Source of the DNA: Lingula anatina
Lineage: Eukaryota > Animalia > Brachiopoda
Assembly: GCA_051362555.1 (NCBI GenBank)
Contig: CM120642.1
Coordinates: 6,200,001 to 6,264,000 of the forward strand
Reading direction: 5' to 3'
Length of the DNA: 64,000 nucleotides
Part shown: positions 46,045-58,500 of the stretch, one piece after another
Numbering within the stretch: the first letter of the stretch is position 1
Layout: every line of letters starts with the position of its first letter
Position numbers and translations under genes: made by a program
The notes under the pieces: generated by a model
What the model saw: the letters and a program-made list of their open reading frames with translations, nothing else
Databases searched by the model: none
Told to the model about the DNA's origin: nothing

Positions 46045-48936
46045 TCAAACAGTACCTAGAGTTTTGATTTCCATATCGTGGGAAGACTTCTTGTAAAAAG
46101 TATTTGTGAAATGCTTGAATTTCTTTCTGAGGGATTTTTTCTTCTCTCTCAACAACGATTGGTCATTTGCAGCATTTCTAGCCACATTAGTAATGCTAGC
46201 AGATGGCTTTGCAACATCTCTGTAAGCCACTTCTCTGATATCCTTCACGGAAGAGGCTCTACCATTTGGTATCGAGGAGGAGTCCTCTGGGCTGGTAATC
46301 CCAGAATCCCCATCATTTCCTTGAATTAACGGCTGGCGGAACCCATTTGTCCCGTTTGGCTGCTGTCCAAGGTATTTGAGGTTTTCAGCACTGTATGACA
46401 TTTGATGAATTTGAAACTGTTTGAATCTCTTTGGCATCTGGTATTGGTCCCAAGGCGGGAAGTCTGAGTACTCGTCAGTACTGGCCATGGCGTAACTTAG
46501 GCGTGATCCACTCGAATCAGTTGTCACGTAGCTAAACCTGGATGCGTAGCTGAGTCTGGACCCCGTAGAGTCTGTGATATTAGAGTAGCTGAGCCTGGAA
46601 CCACTGAAACTGAGTCTGGAGGCATAACTGAGTCTGGAACCCGTGGAATCCGTCATAGCCGAGTAACTGGAGTAGCTGTAACGCGATCCACCAGAGTCCG
46701 TCATTATTGGAGAATTAACTGGGACAGGCAGCCCAGAGCTGTCAACACTGAAGGGGCTTGCTGTGCCTGCAGAGGGAGGGGGTGCCAGCAACATCCCACT
46801 GTCTAAGATGGATGTAGGCGAAGAAAGTTTATCTGCTATATCCTGAAACTCGTTGTATGAAGATCGCGAGGAAGGGGACGACAACAGGCTTGTGTCTGGG
46901 AGAGAATCCCTTGTAGCATCCATGGATGATACACTTCCACAGTCAGATAGATCCCCAGGGTTGGTTCCATGCCCATCAGTCAGAGTCCCTGATTGATAGT
47001 CATTGTCAATATCTGATTGGTCAGTTGTTGATGGGAGGGTGGAGCCTCCTTGGATTGTTGATCCTGATTGGAAGGAGGTGCGGCTTATTCCACGTCTAAA
47101 GTCACTGTCAATAGTTCTTGTCACCGAGGTTGTGTCTGAAATATCTGAACCTTCTGACGACGCATCTGAGCCATTGGAACCCTCAGAGTCAGAAAGATCA
47201 GAGCTCCCATACTCATACCATTCTCCACTACCTATAAGAGACATCCTGTCTTGAAGGTAGTAGGAGCAGGGTTCTCCCAGAGCAACATGAAGGGCGTGAT
47301 CTGGGCAGCGGTAGTGCTTGGGATGAATTTCCTTCAAGAAACCACTCCTCCTGTTGATGTGGTTGCGTCTGTTTGGATGAATAAGTTGCTTTTCAACCTG
47401 GTCAAACAACCTGGAATTGTCACTGTATGTGTCATCTGAGTCGGCATTCCGTGCCCAGTTGTTGCCACCATCATCAATTGATGATATTTCGGACAGAGAA
47501 TCATCAGCTGCATCAGGGTGTATCTGTCCATTGTTAAGTCTATAGCTCCCAGGGGATGCTAGTGGTGCTTTCTCGTTGTTATAAATTATATGTTTGGGAG
47601 GCCTTTTAGGGGGAGTGCTGGTATCTGAGATCTGAACAGGGAACCTTCTTGGTGGCAGTGGAGGAGGAATGTCTTGATTAACAACTCCATCTGATGGCAA
47701 ATGCCCGGAGTGATTTGTATGGTAGGCTGTATCAGGGACAAAAGTGTTCTCATGAAAACTCAGTCTACCTGTACTGTGAGTGTTTGTGCTCTCAGACGAG
47801 GATTTGCGCAGCAGTGGCGGCTTATGGGCATGGATGCTATCCAGTATATTATCCATGGCTTCAGAGATACCATCGGTAATGGAAGATTTACGCTGATCTG
47901 GAGACCTCCCAACTTTGCTTTGGTTTGTGGAGTCGACAGAATGTGGTGGTGGGGGTACATCTCTGTACTGCACTGAGGTGCTATCTTTCAAGCATGCTTT
48001 GAGATGAGAAGGCTTGGGGGGTCTAGGTGGCTGGGGTGGAATGGGTTTGGCTGCAACTGGGTTCCTGGGTGGACGGGGAGGAGGGGAAGAAGAGGAAGAT
48101 GAAGAAAGTTTGGGGGGCCTTGGGGGAGGGGTGCAGGAAGTTGATTTTGGAGGGCGTGGTGGTGGCTTTTCTGCACTGAAAACCTCATCTTGCGATAAGT
48201 TATTGAGTTCATGGTTAGCCACAAGTGTTTCATCCTTGCTTCCAGATCCATATGGAAGTAGTTTAGGTTTGGGTGGTCTTTCAGGTTTGGCATCTAATAC
48301 CACTAAATGTCCTGATCCCTGTGATTGAAAGTCATTATGGGAATCTGCCATATTGTCATTCACAGTGTCTGCAGAGTGGGAATGAGAACGCTGTCTACCA
48401 GAGACGTGTTTGCGATGATGCTTTGAATGTTTTTTATTCACAGGGTAATATTCCTTGTCCAGGTCATAACACTCTAAACCAGGCTCAAAATCATTGTCAA
48501 TATCCATCTCCGAGTCAGAGTCATAATATTTCATTCCTGGCTGGTAGTTCTCTTTTTGTTCGGTACCTGAGCTTTCGTGGCCAATTAAATCGGAGTCTGA
48601 TTTGGCAGATGTATTTCTCACTCTAGGTCTCGGCCTAGGTGAATCTTTGGTATAGACTCTCAGTTTTTCCCGAGGATGTTTGTAATTGGAATTCATGTCT
48701 CTCTGAAGTCTCAGTGTGTTCCTCCAGGCACGTGCTTCAAGTTCACTGTCACTTCCACACTCTTCACGAGATTCTTTGATTCTTTCCAGGGGCTTTTTGG
48801 AGTTTGAATCAGTATTCATGTTGGCCATTTTCTGGAATTCTGTGCTTTTCTCACACTCTTTCAAAAGTTCTAAGAATTGTTCTTTGATTGAACGGATTTC
48901 AAGACGCAGGGCTAGCTCATCACGGATGTTTCTCAG
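46045..48936 (-). CDS. Large terminal exon (963 codons + stop) of an uncharacterised, mostly disordered Ser/Pro-rich protein
   Basis: 2.9-kb uninterrupted ORF in AT-rich DNA with acceptor tttcctttcag|CTG at 48937. No recognisable globular or transposon domain. Confidence 0.88.
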   Translation of the reverse strand: MRNIRDELALRLEIRSIKEQFLELLKECEKSTEFQKMANMNTDSNSKKPLERIKESREECGSDSELEARAWRNTLRLQRDMNSNYKHPREKLRVYTKDSPRPRPRVRNTSAKSDSDLIGHESSGTEQKENYQPGMKYYDSDSEMDIDNDFEPGLECYDLDKEYYPVNKKHSKHHRKHVSGRQRSHSHSADTVNDNMADSHNDFQSQGSGHLVVLDAKPERPPKPKLLPYGSGSKDETLVANHELNNLSQDEVFSAEKPPPRPPKSTSCTPPPRPPKLSSSSSSSPPPRPPRNPVAAKPIPPQPPRPPKPSHLKACLKDSTSVQYRDVPPPPHSVDSTNQSKVGRSPDQRKSSITDGISEAMDNILDSIHAHKPPLLRKSSSESTNTHSTGRLSFHENTFVPDTAYHTNHSGHLPSDGVVNQDIPPPLPPRRFPVQISDTSTPPKRPPKHIIYNNEKAPLASPGSYRLNNGQIHPDAADDSLSEISSIDDGGNNWARNADSDDTYSDNSRLFDQVEKQLIHPNRRNHINRRSGFLKEIHPKHYRCPDHALHVALGEPCSYYLQDRMSLIGSGEWYEYGSSDLSDSEGSNGSDASSEGSDISDTTSVTRTIDSDFRRGISRTSFQSGSTIQGGSTLPSTTDQSDIDNDYQSGTLTDGHGTNPGDLSDCGSVSSMDATRDSLPDTSLLSSPSSRSSYNEFQDIADKLSSPTSILDSGMLLAPPPSAGTASPFSVDSSGLPVPVNSPIMTDSGGSRYSYSSYSAMTDSTGSRLSYASRLSFSGSRLSYSNITDSTGSRLSYASRFSYVTTDSSGSRLSYAMASTDEYSDFPPWDQYQMPKRFKQFQIHQMSYSAENLKYLGQQPNGTNGFRQPLIQGNDGDSGITSPEDSSSIPNGRASSVKDIREVAYRDVAKPSASITNVARNAANDQSLLREKKKSLRKKFKHFTNTFYKKSSHDMEIKTLGTV

Positions 48937-50244
48937 CTGAAAGGAAAAATTATAATAATTAGTCAAGATATAAATCTCTACAAACATCAGATGGATCCAG
49001 TAAGGATATTTGTAATTTTTTTAAAAATAAAATTAGAAAAAAATTTGATGTGAATTTGATCTTTATCCCTTGATTTATCTTCGACTTCATTTATAACTTT
49101 CTTTGATGAGGCTAAAGTAATGTAGTTATTTGACTAGAAAAAAATTACCCAAAGCAAACCCAGAAATTCATGAATTACCTTCATTTTCACTCAAACAATC
49201 TCGAAAAAATCTGCATCAGAACACTAGTGAGATACAAACTCAGAGTGCTAGACGCTACTCCACAACTGATCTGTTCACTCATAAGTTATTCATAGTTTTA
49301 AAACAGGCCCAGTATGCCTGGGCGTAGATCAATAAATAGTTAGAGGTTTGTACAATGGTAATATGTCAATGGCCCCAATTGTTTAACATTACTCTCACGC
49401 TTGTGTCCCAAAGACTTGTGTATTATAAGTAGCTCCATTAGGCAAGAAACCAGTGGAAATATTGACCCTAGCCCTATGACATGTTATTATAAAGTTTTCG
49501 CCCATTGATATTTTACCACAGTTATGCATAATGAATAAGAACACATTTATTTTCTTGGCTATAATAATTTCTATCTAAGAAGAGTGGAATGGCGTGAATG
49601 TTAGTGTAATTGATTTTGGGAATTAGTTAAAATATCTGAGGTAAATATTAGGACAAATGATCAAAGAATAATTGGGCCAACCTTCTGTGTGAACAAAGTT
49701 TCCTTTCCATTATTTCTTTTGCCACAGAACTGCTTATTCATATTTTTAATTGATAGAAGTTTTTCATTTGCGTGGCAAAAACAACCATCGTTATTTTCAT
49801 TCATGGATTTAAAAATGTAACAATTATTTACCCAAGTTGGAATATCTATTTTGAGATCCGTTTGGCAAATATTATTTTGGGTTCTATAGATACACATCCG
49901 TTTGATGATTGTTTGTAAAGGAAATGAGTTCATTTCTCTAGAAATAGTCCCGTTTATTGAAAAAAGCGAAACTGTGCAGACATAACAAGCACATTGTTAG
50001 TTTTGTTACATGTATACTTAGAGCAAAAGGATCAGAAATTAGTGACCAAATGCTGAGACTTAAGACTTGTGATTTGGGCAATTTTTCAATCATATACTAA
50101 TGTTTATCAATTCGTCATCATGCATGACAGATATATATATTTCAGTTCTCTTTTCAATCTTTTTAAAATATCAAGGGTCAAATTGATAACTATCAGAAGA
50201 CAGAGCAAGGTTTTGTTGCTTCCAAAATGATCACTGCATCATTC

Positions 50245-51156
50245 CAGCCTGTAAGAGCGCATTCTCAACGAATTAAGCCAGGCTTTACAAAGCCGGTGAC
50301 CTAAAAATGGCGGACGTACATGAAAGAAAAACCGCCTAATCTTTTAATAGTCTCTCCGCCTCTCACACGCCTCCCCACACGTCGTCCCTGCGGGGTACAG
50401 TAATTAAATCTCGGCTCCGAACATTAATATTTCCGTGAATATCTCTGGTGATATTATCTCCTTAGATAGTCGATTCATTGCTGCTCTACGGGCCAAATTA
50501 TTCCTTTTTCGTCTCTGTTTTCAAAGATAATAGAACAGAAGAGCTTTTTTTTTTTTCGATCGCGTTCAGCCGCTATGCCTTCTTCACCACGAGTTTAACT
50601 GATGAGCATGCGCACTTAATATTTCTCAGGTAGCTTCCGCATGGCGAACGGAGCCGAGTTTTAATTACTGTACCCCGCAGGGACGACGTGTGGGGAGGCG
50701 GAGAGACTATTAAAAGATTAGGCGGTTTTTCTTTCATGTACGTCCGCCATTTTTAGGTCACCGGCTTTGTAAAGCCTGGCTTAATTCGTTGAGAATGCGC
50801 TCTAATACTGGGGAGGTGGAAGGGGGAGAGGGTTCAAAAGAACTTCCCTGTAGGCTATAAAAGGTCTCTGGATCAAAGTTTAATCTAGGATCTTTGCTAT
50901 TTGTTAGATTGGGTGAACCAAAGAAAAAAGAAGGTTCACTCTTCAGGCTCATAGCCAGTATTTTCAAAAGTGGGGTAATTTTTCTGAAAAAGTGGACCTT
51001 TTACCATGAAACCTCCTTATACCTTGAAAAAATTTTACTGAGAGGGGACCTTTTTCCACCAAAAAGTTTGTTTTTTTTTTCGAACCCCCCAATTCCCTGG
51101 GCTACAGAAAAAGACCCTCCCCCCCCCCCCACCCCCCGAAACTGGCTACAGGCCTG
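50245..51156. mobile_element. Older CAGGCCTGTA-type MITE interrupted by the Harbinger MITE
   Basis: Left end CAGCCTGTA, right end CTGGCTACAGGCCTG. Flanks GCATCATT/GCATCAAG resemble a decayed 8-bp TSD. Internal motif shared with 29974-30159. Confidence 0.5.
50255..50802. mobile_element. Young PIF/Harbinger (Tourist-like) MITE, 548 bp, with 154-bp terminal inverted repeats and TAA target-site duplication
   Basis: TAA|GAGCGCATTCTCAACGAATT...AATTCGTTGAGAATGCGCTC|TAA. Arms 50255-50419 and 50649-50802 differ by one substitution and an 11-bp insertion in the left arm. No transposase ORF. Confidence 0.9.
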
Positions 51157-52149
51157 GCATCAAGGATTTCAGCTACCATAACTTGGTAAAGCCGAAATAT
51201 ACTGTACAAAATGTTCAAAGGTAATGTACAACTGAAATGTACAAGCGTAATGTACAAATGTGATGTGCAGCTGTAAATGCAGTAGAATGTGCAACAACAA
51301 TTGTGTTAGGTGACCCATAGCTTAATGCAATTGGACAAACTCTTTAAACCTCCAAGTGACCTCCTTCACTTCATTACACTTAGCGGCAAGTTGTATCTAA
51401 TTGAATTGAGTTTCCATGACGATTGCAGGATGGGGGAAAAGCAGTGATTGTCATTGAGCAATTCATGGAATCTATATATCTTTTACAGAATTTATACAAA
51501 ATACAGGTTCAGTGGCTTAATCTTGATGGTGTTTGCCCATATCAGGGTCTTCTTATGATAATGATTATTTATAATCTACCATACTTACTTGGGGCACATT
51601 AAATGTCAACTTTGGCCCTTAAATATGAGTGGAGAACTTTTTTCCACAGTGGCACTTTTTGCTTGACATATAGAGAATAAGAAGCTTGATTAGGTTGTAT
51701 TAGAGTAAACACCAGCCTCCTCGGAGAATCCCAGAAGTATAAGATGTGCATTTAAGGCTTAGCAAGCCTCAAGCTATCTTTGAGTAATGACATTTTTAAT
51801 ATCACAGATCTGTATAGACCTCTGTTAAATTCTCCTTTTTTGTGATTTTATCTAAACCAAAAATGAAGCAATGTTTAGATGAGCAGTAATTCTAATTGAA
51901 ATGTTTAGTGCACCTTGTCTTAGTGTGATTTTTATCTTGTAGCATTATATTGGTGATGATTATATGAGGCCTTTCTGCTTTTTTTTTAATTAGGAAAATT
52001 ATTAATTTATCCCTTGATTTGAAAGTAAGTATTTTGATTTTTAAAATATATTTCATATTTTTAAGATTATATTTAGATTCATAATTCAAAACAATGCTTT
52101 TCTAGCTGGCGTTTACTAATGCAGCTATGACAGAAAAAAAAAGATTTAC

Positions 52150-52285
52150 CATGTCTGTCTTGACAGCCAAAAAGAGGTCGTTAAGTGAGACGTCTTCATC
52201 GGCATCTTGGTTTGTCCCATCAGTGTTGTCCCCTCCATTCTCCCTTGTGGGAGACTCCTCCGGGATGGATTCCGTCATCATAGGC
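52150..52285 (-). CDS. Internal coding exon of the uncharacterised gene (PMMTESIPEESPTRENGGDNTDGTNQDADEDVSLNDLFLAVKTDM)
   Basis: tttctag|G acceptor and ATG|gtaaat donor. 136 nt; ends in phase 0 and joins LRNIRDEL at 48936 in frame. Confidence 0.8.
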
Positions 52286-53658
52286 CTAGAAATACAGAGG
52301 AAAAACTAGCAGTTAAACTGATTGTCATACCTATAATTTTTTCCACAAGAAGCTAATTTTATTTTGCAGTTAACATAGCTTTATTTCTTCCCAGTGAGTT
52401 GCAACTTGGAAAAACCTTTGCAGCGTACAACTGTTTGTAGAATTGATGTCCACATTATGGTACATTCTGTTGGTTAGCATACCGCCAGTATGGTGTATGC
52501 AATACTGTGGATTTTGGTACATTCCCTGATATGTCTATACATGAGTCTGTAAGTGATGCGTGTTGTCGCATACTATAGACCCTGAGACGAAGTGATTCTG
52601 CAGCCAGATTTAAGTGAATAACTGATATCCGCTGTAGCCAGCCTAAAACTTTTCTCTTTTTGATTTCATTTTGTAGAACAAGTCTTCACGGCCATATTAT
52701 GCTATTTTCAAAGTACCTTAGTAAATGTTAGGGTCTTTTTATCATTAAGATTAAGAAGCATACAAAAAACATGACAGGCATTCATACACCATCAATTCAT
52801 AGAGCTTCTGAAAAATGCTCGTCTTTTCTCAGGTTCGGATCATGCAAAGTTTCCAACATTACACTAATATTGTGATTAAATAAGTCTTTGCTACAGATGA
52901 GAATTCAGCTTACTTTTGTTGACCAGGTGTTATTTTTGACAGCCTGTGATTCCAAGTGTTTGTAAATGTTACAGTCTTTCCAATCCAGTGCTTGAATCCT
53001 TATTATTGAGTCACATATTGTAGAGAAGTGTCTAGCAAACTGTTCGTAGAAGACCTCAGTTAGCTTGTAAAAATGATCATGAATACTTCTAAGAGTTTTC
53101 TCATTTCTTTCCATTTGTTTCTTATAGTGCCTTTCCAATTTCCAAAATTCCCATCTCCCTGTCTTAACTTGTGGGTGTCAAAAGTAACTGACCTCTCTCG
53201 GTTTTCCTCTCTCATAATTATATGACTCGAGGACCATTTCACTTTGTGTAGCGACTTATTTTGTCACGGGCATGTAACATTTGTTGATTGAAGGTTTATG
53301 AGGAAAGTAACTCTTTAATGTCGCCATAGTGCAGATCATCCAAACCTTCCTTTGTTGGGCCAAAGATAATCCCTCATGATGGGGCAGGGTCAAGGGGTCA
53401 ACAACTTGCAAATCAAAGGAGTTCATACCTCGGCTGGTTTCCCTGGAGTATTTGGAAGTGAACAAGCTTAAGATTGTTGATGTACAATGTTTTATTATCG
53501 TATTGATATTGAAATTCTTATTGGTTGTTGGAATGTTGAGGAACTAATGGTGGAATAGGAAAATATTTCTTGGACTTGTGATGCAAAGTACAGAATGCAG
53601 ACATCTCTTATTGCAATATAATTTTCAAGATTTAACTGTTAATGATAATATTACCTCC

Positions 53659-53691
<33 letters not shown>
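53659..53691. repeat. (TTA)n microsatellite
   Basis: Direct reading. Confidence 0.9.
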
Positions 53692-55438
53692 TTGTTTTCA
53701 CATTATGTTCATTTTACATCCAGACTTCCATCAAATTGATTCCATTCCAATAATTATAACACAATTAATCTGCCATTACAGCATTTTAATACCTGATGAA
53801 ACAATCATCTTCGTTGTTTTGCTCAGGTTGCTAAGTTAAAGCCCTGTGTTATGAATATGATCCATAATAAACCCTTCACTCCATTTTACCAAGGTTTTGT
53901 GATTTAATCTCTCAATCTATAAGATTTATCCATTTACCAATATGGAATTATTGTTGAAATGCGAATGTTTGAAGTTGCACTGTTTGTGTGAATGAAAGAA
54001 ATGTGGCTGATTGAAAGGAAATGGCAAAGGAAATAAAAAATATTGAAAATTTTCTTTCTGGACATTCAATGAGTGAATTGTACCTGGTAGTTCTTTGTTG
54101 TTGCAAATGAATGTAAAGGCCTTGGATACTGAATGATGACTAATGAAATATTTTGGCTCCTAACTTACCAATTAAAGTGTGCTCATTTTGCTTCAAAACA
54201 TAAAATCCAAGGCAATCAAGACATTGATGCACATATTACAAACACTACTTGAAATACTTTGTGAATGTCAATATCCAAATCTATTAGTCAAGTGTAGATG
54301 TTAAGTTTCCAGATTACACGTACCTTAGATGAAGTGTTTCAGTCACTAGTATTTTTACAATTTTTTTTTCGTGTATCGTGTGCTGTCATTTTGGGAAAGA
54401 TATCAGTAACTGTTGTAATATGAAACAGATCAAGATACTGCCTACTTTTTGGGATCATCTGCCCCTCATTTCCTTAAAACATTATGCTATATAGTTTTGC
54501 ACTTATTCAACTGTTTTACTGTAACCCAGTATTCCATGAAAGATATCAAGTACATTCTTGCTTTTCTCCTCTAACTCATTTGTCACAAGTTTTGGACATA
54601 AACAGTAAAAGGTGATCTTATATACCCTAACGGTTGTACAATACAACATGGGATATTGATGTGCTTTTGGTCCTACAAGCATGTTAGGACCTTATATATT
54701 AGAGAAATATGGGATACGCCCCAAGAGGCATTAACAGCTGAGTTGTGGCAGTGTAGCCTTACATTTTTCTAGTCCAAGATGGTATAAACAGTGACATGAC
54801 TTGAAATTTTAAAGTGCTATCATTAGATGAATGCTCAATGGTATTTAAACTTTACTAAGTCCTTTACAAATGTGAAATTTTACTCTTTCAATTACAAAAT
54901 TATTCCAATGTATGCTTCAGTGTTCTTGAATGAAATTTATTATATAATAAGTACATGACTACATTTCTAAAACTCACTCAGTATTTTTTTTTTACCAAGC
55001 TTACTCAACTCAATCAAATTGGCTTAAATTTACATCTGACAAGGTAGAATGAATTCAGAATAGTAACTAAAATCAAATTTTTTTTTCTATCAGTGCTGGG
55101 CACGAACTTGGACCATTCTCCTTGACTGTCTAATTGGTTACTGTGTCTTTCTTCTGTGTAATATTTTACTTAACTTATTTACAGATAGCATGCTGACTTA
55201 AGAATTTGATAAATCATAGTATACATTTTGAGTATTTTTCAGTTGTCCCAGTACAGAATTTCTTAAAAATATTATCTAAGTTAGCATCCAGATAATACAG
55301 CTTTGCCAAAGATTTTAGCAACCTTATAAACTATAATTTAGAAGATTTCAATAAAGGAAGAAATTCCAATCACTCAACTCTAAACTCATAAAATATCCTC
55401 AAATATTGCCCAAATCTTATTTATCTTCTAGTACATAC

Positions 55439-55553
55439 CTCCAAAGTATGGATCTCCAGTACGGGTCCTTCGGCAGAAGATATGTTTTGATACGTTTTGA
55501 TCTTCTAGTCTTGTATATCATTTTCATTTTCCACAAAGCAACTTGATAGAGCT
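55439..55553 (-). CDS. Probable upstream coding exon of the uncharacterised gene (LYQVALWKMKMIYKTRRSKRIKTYLLPKDPYWRSILW)
   Basis: aaatag| acceptor and AG|gtatgt donor. 115 nt; phase 1 in, phase 2 out, matching both neighbours. Confidence 0.55.
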
Positions 55554-58500
55554 CTATTTAAAAATCTTTGAAAAAGCCCAAGACCATCTCAGTTTTTGTC
55601 CTGTCACTCTTTTTTACGAATTGGAAGTTGATGTGTCTGCAGTCGGTGGTCACTTTCTTCAGAGTGAAGTATTGCTACCTTTACCTTATGATTGAACCAG
55701 GTACAATACAAGCAGGTGAAACAATTTTAAAGCTGCTGTCAAAATTACCTAGTTTGTCCTCAATAGCCACTCAGTTGGCTCTATTGTTTTCAAAACTTCA
55801 AAGACTTACAACATCATAAACTCTCATTAAGAAGAGCCCACTCCTTGGTCAGAAAGCCTGATAGACTGTGAAGTCTACAAACTGTAGCAAACTTCAGAGC
55901 CCACATTTTAATATTGCCTTTGATCTTTTGAGAGCTTTTGTCTTTGAGGAGCAGACGACACCCTGGAAGTATGGTAGACATGGGTGTAGATGTAGACAGC
56001 AGAAGACATGCTACCTTCAGGGCACTGTGTTTAAACCTTTGTATTTAGCAAAGGGGAGGTGTGATTGGGGTGTGGGGATAGTATGAAATAGAGTTATGCC
56101 TATATAAATTATTATGCAGTAGTCATATACTATGCTTTGGGGTTCATTGTCAATGTTATACTCCTCAAAATGCACATGAAAAAAATACAGTGAAAGGAGA
56201 ACACTAACTGTTTAAGACATAAAGACTAGATTTTCTACCCATGCCTACTGGTGTAATATTTATATTTAAGACCAAATGAAAATTATGCTAGAAATAAAAG
56301 CTATGGGATCTTCATGAAGGTGATCTCTCTCCTGCATTATCAAGCTAGATGCTTTCACATGAAGATTTTCTCTTTTCAGTAATCATTCTCAAAAGAGCAC
56401 TTGCACCATGTTACATTTACACCACACCTAGGGGTAGCCTGAGAACCAGGAACTTATAGAAATTTTGAACTCCTTATATAGGTCCCAAATCTCCTTATTA
56501 TCACATAAGCCCCACAGTCTTCAGAGATGGTACAGAACGACTTATTTTATGTCAGTTGAAGTGTCCCTTATTATGAGATTAATCTTCAGTAATGAATGTC
56601 ATTGACAGTTGAGTCTTCACAGAGAGCCCTGCTGCTCAAGGGTAATAGGCAGTTCGTCTGCAGTAACGTTGGGGTTTACACAGCAGGGAGCAGGGGGGAC
56701 CCACCCACAAGACAGAGACAGCCCTGATGTGGAGTGATAAGATCAAGAAGTCTGCAACTTTGTGACCCATAAAATTGTCACTTGTGCAAGGAGCTGAGAA
56801 TTACTGTTATTATGGAAGATCACAAGAGATCAGTTGCTCTTAACAACAGGGACTATTATATATATAATTTATTATGCGCGCTAGTGCATTTTACAATGAC
56901 TATGATAAAATATTAATATATGAATTAATCACCTTAAACATAGAAGTTTTTGATGTAAATTTTCTGAAACATACAGCACAGACAAGATTGTAAGAATTAA
57001 TACATCTCAATAAATGGGCGCTCTACAGAAATGCAGTTTTATTTTCTGTATGTCAGCTTTTCTTAGAGTTGCATTTATACATCTGTTATAATTTCTCACT
57101 TTTTCTTGACACAAGTTGCCATTTTTGAGACAAATAGATCAGTTAACAAAACAAAAACATTTATAGTTGAATGAAAAAAGTATTTTTGTTTTACTGGTAC
57201 CATAATATATGCACACTTCTGCATATTTTCCCAAAGTGTATAAAAAAGGTTATAATCTCCAAAATAAATGTGTCACAGAACATCAATGAGCTCATTGAGG
57301 CAAATCTCTAAATCTCTTATCAAATCAGAATCCCTAAATTGTCCTTGTAAGCTAATGCACTGTTTGGATATCTTGCCTTGTGTACTCAGAAGAGGAACCA
57401 CAATCTGAAGGTTTATCACTTAACGTCAAATTTGCTGTTATATTTCCATTTTGAAATGAAAATGTGATTCAAAACCAAAGAACGTGACCCTTTTTATGTC
57501 AATTTGAATATGCTTTGTATGTGTTTTGAGTGATTTCTTGATAGTTTTTTTTTAGATATTAACAAGTTTTTTGTAATTTATTTTTGTACTGTGTTTCCAT
57601 TGCATCATTGTTTATATTGGTACATGGATAAAGATATTATTTAAAAAAATTATTGAATTCAAAGATAAAATTTGATTATTTTATACAGAATGCCCATTTT
57701 TTATTAATTCCCAAATGTTTTATAGGTAATGCAGTGTGTAGTCCATGATATTTTAGTTAAAGAAAAATCAGCGTTTACCACAGAATATTGTCCTCTCGCT
57801 CATATGAGGTTTACATTTACCTCTCATTGATTTTCTATAGTTAACAGATGAGGTGAGTTCATTAATTAGTCAAAGAGAAAAGAGAGGGAGTCAACACCTA
57901 TATGATCTTGCCTTCGATACTTGTCCTGTCGATATTTATCACTACAGGAAACAAAAGCTCCTCCATGAATGATTAATAAGAAGTAGAGTTGTGGCCTCGA
58001 ACAAGTGATATATTTTAGAAACTTTCACCAGACACAACTCAATAAGCTGTAAGTGATGGCAGATATTGAGGTGAAATGCTCGACTTATAACAAAAGTTTT
58101 TTTTGGGGTGTTTTAAAAGTAAATACAAGTTACAGTGCAACACGTCCTCTTTAATCTTTAGGTCTTTGTGGATACCAAGGCCATACAATACCTGTCAATT
58201 TTTAATAAGTTTAACACCTACGAGTAAACAATGCTAATCAAACATGTCAACATAACTTCAAAGAGAATGCCATTGAGCTGTCATTTATACCTTTAACAAT
58301 AACATGTCTCTGTTCTTCTGATTGCATCAAAAGAGTCTCTTCATAGGAGTGATAATATTTACATTCTCCAGTTCATGAAGCGTATATTTATACCAAAATT
58401 AAAGCCATAGCAAAATGTATATACTTTAGATTAAAATACAAAAGTTTAAGTATTTGAGATGCATTTAAATGAATTTTTTTTAAATCTGGAATACATTCTG

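Noticed and set aside
46078-48940. Several + strand and alternative-frame ORFs overlapping the 980-aa ORF
   Set aside because: Shadow ORFs of a GC-richer coding exon.
52905-53465. Three short - strand ORFs as a separate gene or retroelement fragment
   Set aside because: They lie in different frames with no recognisable domain, and the donor phase of the 77-aa ORF does not fit the next exon.
57283-57298. Perfect 16-bp palindrome TCAATGAGCTCATTGA
   Set aside because: About one such palindrome is expected by chance in a window this size.
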